From: a virus
Strand: one strand, 5' to 3'
Length of the DNA: 36,871 bases
Virus record (IMG/VR): IMGVR_UViG_3300045988_105062
A program made the translations under genes and the position numbers. Within the stretch, counting starts at the first letter, position 1. Each line of letters begins with the position of its first letter. Below are positions 34,502 through 36,871 of this stretch, piece by piece. Below the pieces are notes generated by a model, which ran no database searches, was not told the origin of the DNA, and worked only from the letters and a program-made list of their open reading frames with translations.

Positions 34502-34933
34502 ATGATGGATTTAGAAGCTGTAAATCAGTTTAGTAAATCGCTTACGGAAGAAACTAACAGACTTATCAAAATTAGAGCCTTAGCCACAGATATAAGTGCT
34601 AAAGCCCTGTATAAGGCAGAATTTGAACCAGATGGGTCAGCGGCTCATTATGAGGCATTTGAGAATATACCAGTGCTTAATGATATAGCTGAGGAGACTG
34701 CACAGTTTATCAAGGACCGATTAGATAAATATCTTGAAGATAAAAGTGCAAAACTTGAAGATTGTGTTGCAGCTATGATGGCAGAATTTGGACTTGCACA
34801 GGGTAATGATTTGGGAAAAGTAACAGCTGGTTTAAATGGGCCAGGCAATAGCTTAAATAATTCCAAGCAGGCAAAGAACCAGCAGGAAGATAAGAAAATC
34901 TGTGCAACAGGAAAGGCGAATACTCCCAGTTAA
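34502..34933 (+). CDS. hypothetical protein (143 aa)
   Basis: AAAGGAG SD; gene-train position. Confidence 0.6.
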   Translation: MMDLEAVNQFSKSLTEETNRLIKIRALATDISAKALYKAEFEPDGSAAHYEAFENIPVLNDIAEETAQFIKDRLDKYLEDKSAKLEDCVAAMMAEFGLAQGNDLGKVTAGLNGPGNSLNNSKQAKNQQEDKKICATGKANTPS

Positions 34934-35132
34934 AAGAGGTATCTGCTGTGATAAGTGCGGAAAGACCATTGATACGCAAAAATACAGTTTAGAGGAATAT
35001 GTGTATAAGCGCATTATCCGTGGAAAGATGAAATATTATTGCTGCTATAACCATATGCGTGTTGCACAGCTCGAAGATGAAGCACAGAAGCAGGCAAAGA
35101 AGTTGGCACAGCGGAAAGCGGGGAATAAGTAA
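34902..35132 (+). CDS. hypothetical Cys-rich protein (GTG start; start uncertain)
   Basis: CCDKCGK...YYCCYNH. Confidence 0.45.
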   Translation: MQQERRILPVKRGICCDKCGKTIDTQKYSLEEYVYKRIIRGKMKYYCCYNHMRVAQLEDEAQKQAKKLAQRKAGNK

Positions 35133-35530
35133 TGGCTAAGTTAAGCAAAGAGGAGCAGGCACGAAGGGAAGGTATGTCATATGCCCTGAGAGTTGCCAGG
35201 GAAAAGGGTATAAATGGACTTGAAGAGGAGCTTAAGTTCAGACAAGCGTATGATGTACCACTTAAGATATCTCAGACAGAGCTTGAGCATTTTGCAGAAA
35301 CAATTAAACAGACAATAATGGACACAGTACTTCTGATGAGCGCATACGTCCTTAGGGATAATTTTGGATTTGGAACTAAGCGTATGAACAGATTTATCCG
35401 GAAATTCAACGAATATACAGAAAGTCTTGTTGGTGGATATGTGAAGTGGAAGGATATAGCAGAAGCTATGACAGCAGAAACCGGTATTGAATTCCACATA
35501 AGGTCTGATGATGAAGAACTGAGGTGCTGA
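35132..35530 (+). CDS. hypothetical protein (132 aa)
   Basis: TAATG stop/start overlap with the upstream gene. Confidence 0.6.
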   Translation: MAKLSKEEQARREGMSYALRVAREKGINGLEEELKFRQAYDVPLKISQTELEHFAETIKQTIMDTVLLMSAYVLRDNFGFGTKRMNRFIRKFNEYTESLVGGYVKWKDIAEAMTAETGIEFHIRSDDEELRC

Positions 35531-35531
35531 T

Positions 35532-35819
35532 ATGAAAGATGTATATGAATGTGAAGGTCAGATGAGCATATATGAGTTTCTGGATAAAGAACCAGAGGAG
35601 AGAAAGTGGAATCGAATCCCGGATACATTTCCCAAGGAGCTGGGATACCGATATGACCTAGAGATGAAGCTTGTTTACGCAGATGGTACAGAACTAATCA
35701 CAGCAGCGACATACAACAGGTTGTGTTTCATAATTCCAGGAGCAAGGAAGGACGAAATACCTGTGAAAAAATATTGGAGGTATAAGGATGAATTTAGAGA
35801 AACAGAAAGAACGTTTTAA
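35532..35819 (+). CDS. hypothetical protein (95 aa)
   Basis: Starts 1 nt after the upstream stop. Confidence 0.55.
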   Translation: MKDVYECEGQMSIYEFLDKEPEERKWNRIPDTFPKELGYRYDLEMKLVYADGTELITAATYNRLCFIIPGARKDEIPVKKYWRYKDEFRETERTF

Positions 35820-36384
35820 AAATCATATTGCCACATTTACAGATTACGGAAATATTAAAATCCTTGATTTTAAAGCTCTGAATACATCAAATTATAGAAT
35901 TAGATTTCTCTTTGAGGAAGATTACTGCCGGCTTCATATCAGCGGAGATTTAGGCGAGCTTATAGCTTCAAACTACGACAATATGACATATGAAAAATTC
36001 TCTGATTATGTTAATAATACAAGTTATTTTGAAGAAAAGATAGATTGTCATAATAGAGCTATATATGTGTATGACGAAGATAAAGCAAGAGCTGAATTAA
36101 TGCAGAGAGCTATTGATGATGGAGATTGGCTTATTGAATCGGACAGATATTCGTATGAAGATGATGATGAAAAAAGATTAGAATATATTATTGATGATAT
36201 TCTTGAAGAATTTAGCAATACAACAGGTATAAGCAGTAGTGGGTATGACGCATTAAGCGAAATAAATCCTGATGCCTGGGAGTTTGCGTATGATATAGGA
36301 AAGATTGAAACAGGTATATTGCATTTATACATGCTTGCTTTCAAGCTGGCACAGGAGCAGTTACAGAATACAGGAGTGTGTTGA
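35788..36384 (+). CDS. hypothetical acidic protein (198 aa)
   Basis: GGAGG SD upstream of the ATG. Confidence 0.6.
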   Translation: MNLEKQKERFKNHIATFTDYGNIKILDFKALNTSNYRIRFLFEEDYCRLHISGDLGELIASNYDNMTYEKFSDYVNNTSYFEEKIDCHNRAIYVYDEDKARAELMQRAIDDGDWLIESDRYSYEDDDEKRLEYIIDDILEEFSNTTGISSSGYDALSEINPDAWEFAYDIGKIETGILHLYMLAFKLAQEQLQNTGVC

Positions 36385-36386
36385 AG

Positions 36387-36671
36387 ATGAGATTAATTAA
36401 TGCGGATGTTTTTAAAAAATATATAAAGAATGGCTTTCGAGATGCAACAAACCTCTTTAAAAGTGAAGAATGCAAAGATGTAGCAAGACAGATAACAGAT
36501 GCTTTTTGCCGTGATATAGATGAGCAGCCAACAGCCTATGACATTGATAAGGTTGTTGAACAGTTGAAAGAAAGAAGCAAAGAGTTTAATTCTGGCTTGA
36601 GATTGCATGGGAAACCAGAAAAGATGCTTACTGATGAAGCAATTGAGATAGTAAAGGCAGGTAATAAATAA
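36387..36671 (+). CDS. hypothetical protein (94 aa; MRLINADVF... N-terminus common in phage early proteins)
   Basis: AGGAG lies 10 nt upstream of the ATG. Confidence 0.55.
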   Translation: MRLINADVFKKYIKNGFRDATNLFKSEECKDVARQITDAFCRDIDEQPTAYDIDKVVEQLKERSKEFNSGLRLHGKPEKMLTDEAIEIVKAGNK

Positions 36672-36871
36672 TGGATGATAGCAGAATACAGGCAATGAGA
36701 GATAACCGTGTATACATTAGTGGACCAATAACCGGCATTGATGATTATATGGAACGCTTCAGCAATGCCGAGAAAGAATTAAAAGAGCAAGGCCTTAGTG
36801 TTGTTAATCCAGCAAAGGTGTTATCACAAATGCCAGCAGATACAACAAGCTATGAGGAGTACATGCAGATG
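36671..36871 (+). CDS. 5' part of the wrap-around DUF4406-like protein (continues at base 73 after removing the 72-bp overlap)
   Basis: TAATG overlap with the upstream stop; VYISGPITG motif; frame stays open to the window end. Confidence 0.7.
   Translation, partial: MDDSRIQAMRDNRVYISGPITGIDDYMERFSNAEKELKEQGLSVVNPAKVLSQMPADTTSYEEYMQM
36800..36871. repeat. second copy of the 72-bp terminal repeat
   Basis: Identical to 1-72. Confidence 0.95.

Overview
The window is a complete temperate siphovirus-like phage or excised prophage. Bases 1-72 are identical to 36800-36871, and a DUF4406-like ORF reads across that junction, so the contig is circularly closed with about 36,799 bp of unique sequence. 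The host is probably a spore-forming Firmicute, because a cotJC/Mn-catalase gene fragment sits next to the integrase. Plus-strand order: small early/middle genes; a RinA/sigma-region-4-like late regulator (656-1108); a repeat-containing late promoter with a structured leader RNA; a very AT-rich three-gene moron (1372-3254); then terS, terL, portal, an SPP1-gp7-like minor head protein fused to an ADP-ribosyltransferase domain, scaffold, major capsid, connector/tail genes, chaperone pair, tape measure, a 1174-aa tail fibre, holin and GH73 endolysin. After lysis comes a self-contained two-gene moron with an operator-controlled promoter (22917-24013). The lysogeny module is on the minus strand: large serine integrase, then two accessory genes co-transcribed with an ImmA-like protease and an XRE repressor, facing a Cro-like gene. 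The early operon follows: micro-ORFs, DUF1351, Erf, NinB-like, RusA and a DnaD-like replication organiser with internal 12-bp iterons. No tRNA, rRNA or CRISPR array was seen. The best candidates for undescribed systems are: (1) the ParA-like ATPase triad at 1313-3285; (2) the repressor-cotranscribed zinc-ribbon plus membrane-anchored DUF4041/T5orf172 pair at 26206-28648; (3) the acr/aca-like moron at 22917-24013. All family calls come from motif recognition by eye, with no database search.
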